Assembly: GCF_004010195.1 (NCBI RefSeq)
Contig: NC_057751.1
Span: 16,803,233 to 16,854,164, forward strand
Source: Chiloscyllium plagiosum
Lineage: Eukaryota
Direction: 5' to 3'
DNA: 50,932 bases
Part shown: in pieces, positions 20,568 through 32,034 of the stretch
How the letters are laid out: every line of letters starts with the position of its first letter
Position numbering within the stretch: position 1 is the first letter of the stretch
Notes under the pieces: model-generated
What the model was told of the DNA's origin: nothing
Database searches by the model: none
What the model saw: the letters and a program-made list of their open reading frames with translations, nothing else
Made by a program: the position numbers and the translations under genes

Positions 20568-23500
20568 GTTGTTCTAAAACGCTGCTCGGAATGACTAATG
20601 AGCGGGCATTCTCCGTAAATAGAGCAGAATTAATTGAGCCGAACGGGTGTCACAGCCCACTGAGTGTATAACAGAACTGAACAGAATGTCACTGTGAGGA
20701 GTTCACTGTGCTATTGTTTGGTGCCAGCCCTGGCCTGTACATGAGGTGCCCACCCCCCACCCCGCTCATTAGGTGTCAGCCATCATCTTGAGTTGGAGGA
20801 TTGTCGAATCATACATAGTGTGTGCGCCAGCTCTCGAATCGATCCCAATCCCCCTACCGTAGCCTCGCCAGTTTCTCCTTGCACACTCCCCACCCGTCTT
20901 CCTTTCAGCCAGTGTATTCCAGATCACAACAACCTCGTGGGGCTTTTCTAAAAAGCAAAAGCTTCCCTTGGCTCCCACCTCTTCCTGGCCTTTCTGCCCG
21001 TTATCCTCAAGCTCGTCCTTTTGGTTTGCCAGTCTTCTGCCAGTGGAAGACGCTGATCCATGTTTACTTCGAGTTAAAGAGTCATAGAGATGTACAGCAT
21101 GGAAACAGACCCTTCGGTCCAACCCGTCCATGCCGACCCCAGATAGCCCAACCCAATCCAGTCCCACCTGCCAGCACCCGGCCCATATCCCTCCAAACCC
21201 TTCCTATTCATATACCCATCCAAATGCCTCTTANNNNNNNNNNNNNNNNNNNNNNNNNNNNNNNNNNNNNNNNNNNNNNNNNNNNNNNNNNNNNNNNNNN
21301 NNNNNNNNNNNNNNNNNNNNNNNNNNNNNNNNNNNNNNNNNNNNNNNNNNNNNNNNNNNNNNNNNNNNNNNNNNNNNNNNNNNNNNNNNNNNNNNNNNNN
21401 GTTTCACAACATCTTTCCGATAGGAAGGAGACCAGAACTGCACGCAATATTCCAACAGTAGCCTAACCAATGTCCTGTACAGCCGCAACATGACCTCCCA
21501 ACTCCTGGACTCAATACTCTGACCAATAAAGGAAAGCATACCAAACGCCTTCTTCACTATCCTAGCTACCTGTAACTCTATGTTCAAGGAGCTATCCAAG
21601 GTTTGATCAAAATACCTGCCTTGTAAACTTGAAGATTAGATTAGATTACTTACAGTGTGGAAACAGGCCCTTCGGCCCAACAAGTCCACACTGACCCTCC
21701 GAAGAGTAACCCACTCAGACCCATTCCCCTACATTTACCCCTTCACCTAACACTACGGGCAATTCAGCCCATGGCCAATTCCCCCTAACCCGCACATATT
21801 TTGGACAGTTGGGGGAAGCCAGAGCACCCGGAGGAAACCCACGCAGACACGGGGAGAATGTACAAACTCCCACACAGACAGTCGCCCGAGGTGGGAATTG
21901 AACCCGGATCTCTGGCGCTGTGAGGCAGCAGTGCTAACCACTGTGCCACCGTGAACATCGGTACGAAATTTTCCCTTAACTGTCTTTGTTGCAAGGACAT
22001 CCTTCACAATTCCTGTGAACTGCCCAGGAGAATGTTAATCCTCCTGTGGACCCAGCGCCTTGGCCTTCTTTGTCGAGCTTTGTGTCTAGAATCGGGCACA
22101 GTCCATTCAAACCAGTGCCGTATCAGTTCGTTGTAGCTTCCTTGTTTTGCTACTTGGTGTCTGTACTTAACGAAAAAAGGACCCCGAATCTCGACTGCCC
22201 CTTCAGTGCAGTAGGGAGGGAGTGCTGCACTGCTGGAGGTGGCACACTGTGGATAAACTGAGGCCTGTTTGCTTTCTCTGGTGGATGTAAAAGGTCTGAT
22301 GGTATGGCCCCCTGCCCCCCCCCCCCCCCCCCTTTCTGTGACCGTCCAACAGCCTCCGGGGTACCTTCGCTGATGGCTAGCTTTTCTTAACCAAACATAA
22401 CCCCCTTTTTAAGCCCAAGGTGGTGGTTAAACTCTCATTCTGTCCAATGAAAAGTCAAACCTGCTGGTGTCCCTCTGTTGACCTACGTTCTGTGACAGTG
22501 CCTACACTTTGAAAGTGCATCATTAGCATTTTGGAAAGGCCTCAGTTAATTAAAGATGCTGTCGCAAAGCATTATTTAGAGGTGCCGGTGTTGGACTGGG
22601 GTGTACAAAGTTAAAAATCACGCAACACCAGGTTAGAGTCCAACAGGTTTAATTGGAAGCACACTAGCTTTCGGAGCGACGCTCCTTCATCAGGTGATAG
22701 TGGAGGACTCGATTGTAACACAGAATTTATAGCAAAGGTTTACAGTGTAATGTAATGGAAGTTATACACTGAAAAATACCTTGACTGTTTGTTAAGTCTC
22801 TCATCTGTTAGAGTGACCATGTTAGTTTCACTTCTTTCATGTGGAAATCACAAAACCTTTTTTTAAAAAGTTACATTCTCAGGTTCACTTTAACAGTTGG
22901 TGTCAGCCCCAGGTAATATGTTGAAGGTGTTAGCTCCCTGTGTGCTGTTGTCTGTGCCATAGTGTTTAGACCGATTCTAATCTAAAAAATGAGTTCACAG
23001 AGTCTTACATGGTCACATACACATATACGTTTGCGGGGTGGATTTGTGCTGGCAGAGTTACATTGTACTTTGCTCAAAAACTGCATGAATCCATGTAAGA
23101 CTCTGTGACCTCGTTTCTTAGATTAGAGTCAGTCTAAACACTATGGCACAGACAACAGCACACAGGGAGCTAACACCTTCCACATATTACCTGGGGCTGA
23201 CACCAACTGTTAAAGTGAACCTGAGAATGTAACTTTTAAAAAAAGGTTTTGTGATTTACACATGAAAGAAGTGAAACTAACATGGTCACTCTAACAGATG
23301 AGAGACTTAACAGACAATCGAGGTATTTTTCAGTGTATAATTTCCGTTCCATCACACTGGAAACCTTTGCTATAAATTCTGTGTCTTACACTTGTGTCGT
23401 CCACAACCACCTGATGAAGGAGCAGCGCTCCGAACGTTAGTGCTTCCAATCAAACCAGTTGGACTGTAACCTGGCGTTGTGTGACTTTTTCACGTCGCAA

Positions 23501-26500
23501 AGCAAACTTGGCCTATAGTCAGCGTTCTTTGTGTTGTCTGCAGGAGTATAAAACCTACAAGGAGAATTTCCTGAAGAGGTTCCAGTTGACGAAGCTCCCA
23601 CCTTACCTCATCTTCTACATCAAGCGGTTCACAAAGAACAACTTCTTCATCGAAAAGAACCCCACCATCGTGAATTTCCCAATCACGTAAGCCCACTTAC
23701 CTTCGAAGGCTTGCTCCCTTCCCCTCCTTCAAGGTGCTGCCCATGGACCGGGTACAATTCCGTTTGGCCAAGAGAGGCCCACGCGCTTATTTTTAAACGC
23801 ATCGGTGAATAATCTCCATCATGGGCCATGCCCTCCCCCCCCCCCCCCCCCCCCCCCCCCATCCCCCCTCCACCGACAGCCACTGTCCTGGCGATCTGGG
23901 CAGGGACGCTGACTGAAACCTCAACCTCTCGCTGCGAGGGGCAGCGCGTGGCGAAAGCTTTTCATCCTGCACCCATCGGGTCGAGTGCAAGAACGTGCAG
24001 TTCTCACGGCGATCCTGCAGTGGAAATAATTGAGGTTCAGTGCTAGCCCGCGATGGATTCAAGATGAAAAGTCTCAGAAATTGTCAGCAGGACTGGTTTA
24101 GATTAGATTAGATTACTTACAGTGTGGAAACAGGCCCTTCGGCCCAACAAGTCCACACCGACCCACTGAAGCGCAATCCACCCATACCCTACATTTACCC
24201 CTTAACTAACACTACGGGCAATTTACCATGGCCAATTCACCTGACCCTGCACATCTTTGGACTGTGGGAGGAAACCGGAGCACCCGGACGAAACCCACGC
24301 AGACACTGGGAGAACGTGCAAACTACACAGTCAGTCGCCTGAGTCGGGAATTGAACCCGGGTCTCTGGCGCTGTGAGGCAGCAGTGCTAACCACTGTGCC
24401 ACCGTGCCGCCCACGAGAAGGCTGGAGCCAGTGACTGCTGCTCGCGTAGACGGACGATTGAATCTCAAGGAAAATTGTGCAGTGGGCTGCAGCTCCAACC
24501 TATGATACAGTGGCTTCCGCGCTTGGTGTGTGAGGCTCCCAGGAACGTGTCGATGTTCTGGGTTGAGGGGGGTGGGGGGAGGTGAGGAGATGGTCTGGGT
24601 TCAGTCCTGGCCTGCGTCCAGATTTTCATGGACCCGGCCAAGTGGGAAACTCCCAGCAGCAACCACTTCACCCAGTGAGCAACGGGAAGGTGGGACTGTC
24701 TGCCACGGGAGTGGTGTGAAGTGAATGGTGTCCATGTGTTGCAGGGGGCGTTTGACCTGCTTGTGAGGGAGAGCGGGGGGTAGTGGGCGATGCTGATGGA
24801 TTCGGCTGAAAGGTGCTCAAGTAAAGCCTAAAAACCAGCAGGGACTGCTTGGGCTGAGTGGTCTGTGTGCTGTGCCGTCTCGCCTGTACATAAGGCAAAA
24901 CATTCACGCCTCCGGTTTCTTTTAGGTGAGATCTCGTGATTACAAGCAAATCGACCTTTTAATTGAAATGTGTGTTCTAGGAATGTTGACCTGAGAGAGT
25001 ACCTGTCCGAGGAAGTTCAGGCCGCTCACAAACAGACCACCTACGACCTGATTGGAAATGTGGTGCACGACGGGAAACCGGGTGAGGGAGCCTATCGGGT
25101 CCACGTGCTGCATCACGTGAGTACGCAGTCGGGAACGCTCATCTTGCCGCCAAGCCTCCCCTTCTCCCGCTGTGCGGCGGCCGGTCCGAGAAATAATGAC
25201 GGCTGTGGGCTCGTGAAATGCGACACGAGGGTGCTGGGAGCGCTCAGCTAGCCTGGCCGCGTCCCGGCAGGGGGGAATTCGCATTCCGGGTCGACAGTTG
25301 CTTATATCGGATTTCCAGCAGCCACGGTATTTTTGCCACCCAAAAAAGAGTTTGAAATGTGTATCTGAAGAATTGTTCCACAGTCGCAGTGGCGAGCCGT
25401 CATTGTTCAGTTGCAGATTCTGAGGCTGGGGTCACGCGTCGGCCAGCCCAGACAGGGAGGAAACTGCCTCTTGGCAGACCCCATTCCCCCCCCTCCCCCA
25501 CACTGCACGATTGTGGGATTGATTTCTAGAGGGATAGAAATGAAGTTATGCTAAATTTGGAATGACTTTGGCGAAACCACACATATAAGATTACTGACTG
25601 TGGCTCTGGTCACCAATTTGAAAACTGGAGACGGTTTACAAATGATTCCCAAGGAGGATACCTGAACTGCCAAGTCATACTTGTCAGGAAAGTATGATCT
25701 GTTCTCTCTAGTGGTGGCTCAGTGGTTAGCACTGCTGCCTCACAGCACCAGGGACCTGGGTTCGAACCCAGCCTCAGGCGACTGTCTGTGTGGAGTTTGC
25801 ACATTCTCCGGATTGGCCATGCTAAATTACCCATAGTGTTCAGGAATGTGCAGGTTAGGGGGGATTGGCCATGCTAAATTACCCATAGTGCTTAGGGATG
25901 TGCAGGTTTGGGTGGATTTGTCATGCTAAATTACCCATAGTGCTCAGTAACGTGCAGGTTAGGGTGGATTGGCTGTGCTAAATTACCCATAGTGCTCAGG
26001 GATGTGCAGATTAGGGTGGATTGACCTTGCTAAATTACCTATAGTGTGCAGGTTAGAATGGATTGGCCATGTTAAATTACCCATAGTGCTCAGGGATGTG
26101 CAGGTTAGGGTGGATTAGCCGTGCTAAATTACCCATAGTGTTCAGGGATGTGCAGGTTAGGGTGGATTAGCCGTGCTAAATTACCTATAGTGTGCAGGTT
26201 AGAATGGATTGGCCATGTTAAATTACCCATAGTGCTCAGGGATGTGGAGGTTAGGGTGGATTGGCCATGTTAAGTTACCCATAGTGCTCAGTGATGTGCA
26301 GGTTAGAGTCTATTGGCCATGTTAAATTGCACATCGTATTCAGCGATGTGTAGGTTAGGTGCATTGTTCAGGGGTAATAGTGTAGGGGAATGGATCTCTT
26401 CGGAGGGTCGGTGTGGACCTTTTGGGCCGAAGGGCTTTTTTCCACACTGTGGGGGTTCTTTTATAAAAAGTTAGTCTTGTAAATTGCACTGTTTAGTAAT

Positions 26501-29500
26501 TATAAATGTAACACACTAGAAAGGCTATCTGCATTTTTTGGAGAGTTGACGTGTTTCAGTGCACTTCCTTTTGTCTGAATTTGTGTCATGATTGGGGGAA
26601 GCCAAAGTAAGTGGGATAAGAATAACCAGGAGTCAGGAATTGCAAGATTAAAAACGATAACTGCATGTCGGCAATTGTCTGCATTCTTGACTTCAACTTA
26701 AGAGTTCCCTGCTCAGTCCAATGGAAGGCCTTATCTTCCAGATACTGGCAGATCTGGTTAAGGCATTTACTGTCGGGGATGTGTGACTTTCCTTTATCTC
26801 TTCGGCTGCAGATCGGCCAGTTATACATTTCCAGAATGCTCCGTTTCTAATTCCGATTTTCCAGTAGTTAAGTTTGAGTACAGTTTCTGGGTGTATGTCA
26901 TGCCTGGTGTTGTTTTACAGCTATGCAAGATAATGATTCATGTGTGCCCGAGGAAAGATTACAACTAATTGCCCTAGCTGTCATAGCTCTGTCTACTGAC
27001 TCCTGTGTTGAGATTCTGCGAAATACTAACCCCTGGTTACTGTACTTTCAGGGCACAGGAAAGTGGTATGAGCTGCAGGATCTACAGGTATCTGACATCT
27101 TGCCACAGATGATCACCCTATCGGAGGCTTACATACAGGTTTGTATCACCATGTAGACGTGCTGCTTTTCTGCTCCCGTAGCAGTGCAGTTTGTGTAATA
27201 TATTGGCAGAGAGTAATGGTTGTACACTCTACGCACATGTGTTAACAGTTTGGAATGACACACGACTAAGAGTGGGGGAGCAAGACTAAGCGAGAAAAAG
27301 CAGTTCCAGGTGGAAAGAAGAGACTTGATTAATGGTGCTTACTTTAATCCATGTTTGCCCAGCGATGTGCAGGTTAGGGTGGATTGGCCGTGCTAAAATG
27401 CCCATCATGTTCAGGGATGAGCAGGTTAGGGTGGATTGGCCATGCTAAATTACCCATAGTGCTCAGGGATGAGCAGGTTAGGGTGGATTGGCCGTGCTAA
27501 ATTACCCATAGTGCTCAGGGATGTGCAGGTTAGGGTGGATTGGCCGTGCTAAATTACCCATAGTGTTCAGGGATGTGCAGGTTAGGGTGGATTGGCCGTG
27601 CTGAATTACCGATAGTGCTCAGGGATGTGCAGGTTAGGGTGGATTGGTCATGTTAAATTACCCATAATGCTCAGATGTGCAGGTTAGGGTGGATTGGTCA
27701 TGTTAAATTCCCCATAGTGCTCAGGGATGAGCAGGTTAGGGTGGATTGGTCAGGGGATAACAGTTTTATGACGTAGCTCCAGCGCAGGTGAGACTTGAAC
27801 CCAGATCTTCTGGCACAGAGGTAGGGACACTACCACGGTGCCTCAAGAGGGCTCCTTTGATCAGTGCACATGATCAATGATGATAATTGTGGAGGTAAGC
27901 TAACCATGTGCAGGTTAGGGTGGATTGTCCGTGCTAAATTACCCATAGTGCTCAGGGATGTGCAGGTTAGGGTGGATTGTCCGTGCTAAATTACCCATAG
28001 TGTTCAGGGATGTGCAGGTTAGGGTGGATTGTCCGTGCTAAATTACCCATAGTGCTCAGGGATGTACAGGTTAGGGTGGATTGGTCATGTTAAATTACCC
28101 ATAATGCTCAGATGTGCAGGTTAGGGTGGATTGATCATGTTAAATTCCCCATAGTGCTCAGGGATGAGCTGGTTAGGGTGGATTAGTCAGGGAATAACAG
28201 TTTGATGACGTAGCTCCAGCGCAGGTGAGACTTGAACCCAGATCTTCTGGCACAGAGGTAGGGACACCACCACGATGCCTCAAAAGGGCTCCTTTGATCA
28301 GTGCACATGATCAATGATGATAATTGTGGAGGTAAGCTAACCAGACACAGTACCTTGGAGGGTAATTTGGGACTCAAGAGTTTGAAAAGAAGCACACAGT
28401 ATCAGTTATGATTACGAGGACAGCAGGAGGTCTTTAGTACATACTGTTGAAATCTTGACTACCTCAACTCATTTTCTCTCAACGATCTCAATACCGAGGG
28501 TGTGAGGTGGTGGGAGAGAGGAGGACAAGGACAGATGGACTTGCCGTTCTTGGCAAAAGATGGGGAGGGAGGGACAGGAGGACGTACGTTTTACTCGGCT
28601 AGTGATGGTGACCTGGGATCACTGCCAGTGAGGGCGGTGGAAGGAGAGACAGAAAACAGTTTTGAAAGGATTTTTAAAGGGGTCCTCGTTGGGGATGAAC
28701 AGGCCGGGAGGGAGACTGACTGGATTGTTCGACAGAGAGATGGCACGGACTTGATGGGCCGAAGGGTTTCCTCCAGTGATTCTCCGAGCATGGTGATTGG
28801 TGTATAAGGACTTGATATGAAATACTGCATTATCGTGACATGCGCTGCTGTCAGTGTCCCAGTCAGTTTTTGCAAAAATAATTGAGGGGGAAGAAAAAGT
28901 GATTTGTCAATGTTGGTGGATTAACGGCTTGTTTTGACAACTTATTGACCATTTATTCAACTTATCCAGGTGGAAACGCGATCACTCTGCTAATTTTCAG
29001 AGTCAGGGAGTATGGTGGCTCAGTGGTTAGCACTGCTGCCTCACAGCGCCAGGGTCCCAGGTCTGATTCCAGCCTTGGGCGACTGTGTGGAGTTTGCACA
29101 TTCTTCCCTCCCCCCCCCCCCCCCGGGTCTGTGTGGGTTTCCTCCCACAGTCCATAGATGTGCAGGTTAGGGTGGATTGGACCATGCTAAGGACTCAAAG
29201 CACTCCGCTTCTTCCTTTCCCGCCGTACCACCCAGTACCCTTCCACCGACACCCTCCTTCGACTGACCGAACTGGTCCTCACCCTGAAACCCTCCTTCGA
29301 CTGACCGAACTGGTCCTCACCCTGAAACCCTCCTTCGACTGACCGAACTGGTCCTCACCCTGAAACCCTCCTTCGACTGACCGAACTGGTCCTCACCCTG
29401 AAACCCTCCTTCGACTGACCGAACTGGTCCTCACCCTGAAACCCTCCTTCGACTGACCGAACTGGTCCTCACCCTGAAACCCTCCTTCGACTGACCGAAC

Positions 29501-32034
29501 TGGTCCTCACCCTGAAACCCTCCTTCGACTGACCGAACTGGTCCTCACCCTGAAACCCTCCTTCGACTGACCGAACTGGTCCTCACCCTGAAACCCTCCT
29601 TCGACTGACCGAACTGGTCCTCACCCTGAAACCCTCCTTCGACTGACCGAACTGGTCCTCACCCTGAAACCCTCCTTCGACTGACCGAACTGGTCCTCAC
29701 CCTGAAACCCTCCTTCGACTGACCGAACTGGTCCTCACCCTGAAACCCTCCTTCGACTGACCGAACTGGTCCTCACCCTGAAACCCTCCTTCGACTGACC
29801 GAACTGGTCCTCACCCTGAAACCCTCCTTCGACTGACCGAACTGGTCCTCACCCTGAAACCCTCCTTCGACTGACCGAACTGGTCCTCACCCTGAAACCC
29901 TCCTTCGACTGACCGAACTGGTCCTCACCCTGAAACCCTCCTTCGACTGACCGAACTGGTCCTCACCCTGAAACCCTCCTTCGACTGACCGAACTGGTCC
30001 TCACCCTGAAACCCTCCTTCGACTGACCGAACTGGTCCTCACCCTGAAACCCTCCTTCGACTGACCGAACTGGTCCTCACCCTGAAACCCTCCTTCGACT
30101 GACCGAACTGGTCCTCACCCTGAAACCCTCCTTCGACTGACCGAACTGGTCCTCACCCTGAAACCCTCCTTCGACTGACCGAACTGGTCCTCACCCTGAA
30201 ACCCTCCTTCGACTGACCGAACTGGTCCTCACCCTGAAACCCTCCTTCGACTGACCGAACTGGTCCTCACCCTGAAACCCTCCTTCGACTGACCGAACTG
30301 GTCCTCACCCTGAAACCCTCCTTCGACTGACCGAACTGGTCCTCACCCTGAAACCCTCCTTCGACTGACCGAACTGGTCCTCACCCTGAAACCCTCCTTC
30401 GACTGACCGAACTGGTCCTCACCCTGAAACCCTCCTTCGACTGACCGAACTGGTCCTCACCCTGAAACCCTCCTTCGACTGACCGAACTGGTCCTCACCC
30501 TGAAACCCTCCTTCGACTGACCGAACTGGTCCTCACCCTGAAACCCTCCTTCGACTGACCGAACTGGTCCTCACCCTGAAACCCTCCTTCGACTGACCGA
30601 ACTGGTCCTCACCCTGAAACCCTCCTTCGACTGACCGAACTGGTCCTCACCCTGAAACCCTCCTTCGACTGACCGAACTGGTCCTCACCCTGAAACCCTC
30701 CTTCGACTGACCGAACTGGTCCTCACCCTGAAACCCTCCTTCGACTGACCGAACTGGTCCTCACCCTGAAACCCTCCTTCGACTGACCGAACTGGTCCTC
30801 ACCCTGAAACCCTCCTTCGACTGACCGAACTGGTCCTCACCCTGAAACCCTCCTTCGACTGACCGAACTGGTCCTCACCCTGAAACCCTCCTTCGACTGA
30901 CCGAACTGGTCCTCACCCTGAAACCCTCCTTCGACTGACCGAACTGGTCCTCACCCTGAAACCCTCCTTCGACTGACCGAACTGGTCCTCACCCTGAAAC
31001 CCTCCTTCGACTGACCGAACTGGTCCTCACCCTGAAACCCTCCTTCGACTGACCGAACTGGTCCTCACCCTGAAACCCTCCTTCGACTGACCGAACTGGT
31101 CCTCACCCTGAAACCCTCCTTCGACTGACCGAACTGGTCCTCACCCTGAAACCCTCCTTCGACTGACCGAACTGGTCCTCACCCTGAAACCCTCCTTCGA
31201 CTGACCGAACTGGTCCTCACCCTGAAACCCTCCTTCGACTGACCGAACTGGTCCTCACCCTGAAACCCTCCTTCGACTGACCGAACTGGTCCTCACCCTG
31301 AAACCCTCCTTCGACTGACCGAACTGGTCCTCACCCTGAAACCCTCCTTCGACTGACCGAACTGGTCCTCACCCTGAAACCCTCCTTCGACTGACCGAAC
31401 TGGTCCTCACCCTGAAACCCTCCTTCGACTGACCGAACTGGTCCTCACCCTGAAACCCTCCTTCGACTGACCGAACTGGTCCTCACCCTGAAACCCTCCT
31501 TCGACTGACCGAACTGGTCCTCACCCTGAAACCCTCCTTCGACTGACCGAACTGGTCCTCACCCTGAAACCCTCCTTCGACTGACCGAACTGGTCCTCAC
31601 CCTGAAACCCTCCTTCGACTGACCGAACTGGTCCTCACCCTGAAACCAGGGATGTGCAGGTTAGGGTGGATTGGCCGTACTAAATTACCCATAGTGCTCA
31701 GGGATGTGCAGGTTAGGGTGGATTGGTCATGCTAAATTACCCATAGTGCTCAGGGATGTGCAGGTTAGGGTGGATTGGCCGTACTAAATTACCCATAGTG
31801 TTCAGGGATGTGCAGGTTAGGGTGGATTGGTCATGCTAAATTGCCCCATAATGTTAGGTGCATGAGTCGGAGGGAAATGGGTTACTCTTCGGAGGATCAG
31901 TGTGGACTGGTCGGGCCGAAGGGCCTGTTTCCACACTGTAAGGAACCTAATCTAATCTAATCTCGATTCATCCTCAGATATGGAAGAGACGCGAGGACGG
32001 TGATGAAAGTCTGTCCAGTCAGAAAGGAGCGTGA
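20379..32034 (+). CDS. USP39: U4/U6.U5 tri-snRNP-associated protein 2 (ubiquitin-specific peptidase 39), last five coding exons
   Basis: join(20379-20567,23544-23686,24981-25116,27052-27138,31978-32034): STFLYLTLDLPTAPLYKDEKEQLIIPQVPLFNILAKFNG...KRFTKNNFFIEKNPTIVNFP...YDLIGNVVHDG...KWYELQDLQVSDILPQMITLSEAYIQIWKRR. GT-AG introns, frame continuous. Confidence 0.96.
21078..21597 (-). mobile_element. CR1-type LINE 3' fragment (contains gap)
   Basis: IVKKAFGMLSFIGQSIESRSWEVMLRLYRTLVRLLLEYCVQFWSP plus 3' tail. Confidence 0.85.
21633..21952 (-). mobile_element. V-SINE (HE1-like)
   Basis: Reverse complement of head, core and (TAATC)n tail. Confidence 0.85.
22578..23490. mobile_element. ~900-bp foldback element with ~400-bp inverted arms, each ending in a hammerhead motif
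   Basis: 22612-23012 is the highly similar reverse complement of 23091-23490, with a ~80-nt spacer. Confidence 0.85.
22662..22696 (-). ncRNA. Minimal type I hammerhead ribozyme motif (PLE-associated)
   Basis: Minus strand CAC-CUGAUGA-A-GGAGC[GUC]GCUCC-GAA-AGCU-A-GUG: full core, helix II, palindromic helix III, 3-bp helix I. Confidence 0.7.
23544..23686 (+). CDS. USP39: USP39 exon
   Basis: EYKTYKENFLKRFQLTKLPPYLIFYIKRFTKNNFFIEKNPTIVNFPI; 143 nt. Confidence 0.95.
24098..24413 (-). mobile_element. V-SINE (HE1-like), full length
   Basis: Intact head GTGGGCGGCACGGTGGCACAGTGGTTAGC on -, (TAATC)n tail. Confidence 0.88.
24981..25116 (+). CDS. USP39: USP39 exon
   Basis: NVDLREYLSEEVQAAHKQTTYDLIGNVVHDGKPGEGAYRVHVLHH; 136 nt. 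Confidence 0.95.
25711..26455 (+). mobile_element. V-SINE with about 10 internal 52-bp repeats
   Basis: Head, partly deleted core, long tandem array, tail. Confidence 0.85.
27052..27138 (+). CDS. USP39: USP39 exon
   Basis: GTGKWYELQDLQVSDILPQMITLSEAYIQ; 87 nt. Confidence 0.95.
27361..28343 (+). repeat. SINE-derived 52-bp tandem arrays within a 437-bp tandem duplication
   Basis: Unique block ACGTAGCTCCAGCGCAGGTGAGAC...GGTAAGCTAACCA occurs at 27771 and 28208, each preceded by 52-bp units. Confidence 0.8.
29010..31962 (+). mobile_element. V-SINE interrupted by a Penelope RT fragment and minisatellite
   Basis: Head and core at 29010-29190; 52-bp units and tail resume at 31648-31962. Confidence 0.75.
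29251..31647 (+). repeat. 38-bp minisatellite, about 63 apparently identical copies
   Basis: Unit ACCCTCCTTCGACTGACCGAACTGGTCCTCACCCTGAA; no spacers; 2397 bp / 38 = 63. Confidence 0.95.
31978..32034 (+). CDS. USP39: USP39 last coding exon
   Basis: IWKRREDGDESLSSQKGA*; acceptor tcctcag|. Confidence 0.92.
   Translation: MWKRREDGDESLSSQKGA

Noticed and set aside
25811..26360. Interstitial telomeric repeat
   Set aside because: Only one TTAGGG per 52-bp SINE unit, not tandem hexamers.
28960..28993. Alternative last USP39 exon (ccag|GTGGAAACGCG, WKR-like in another frame)
   Set aside because: In the required phase it reads VETRSLC*. The exon at 31978 gives the conserved IWKRR.
29251..31647. CRISPR-like array of 38-bp repeats
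   Set aside because: No spacers, no cas genes, eukaryotic intron; it is a head-to-tail minisatellite.
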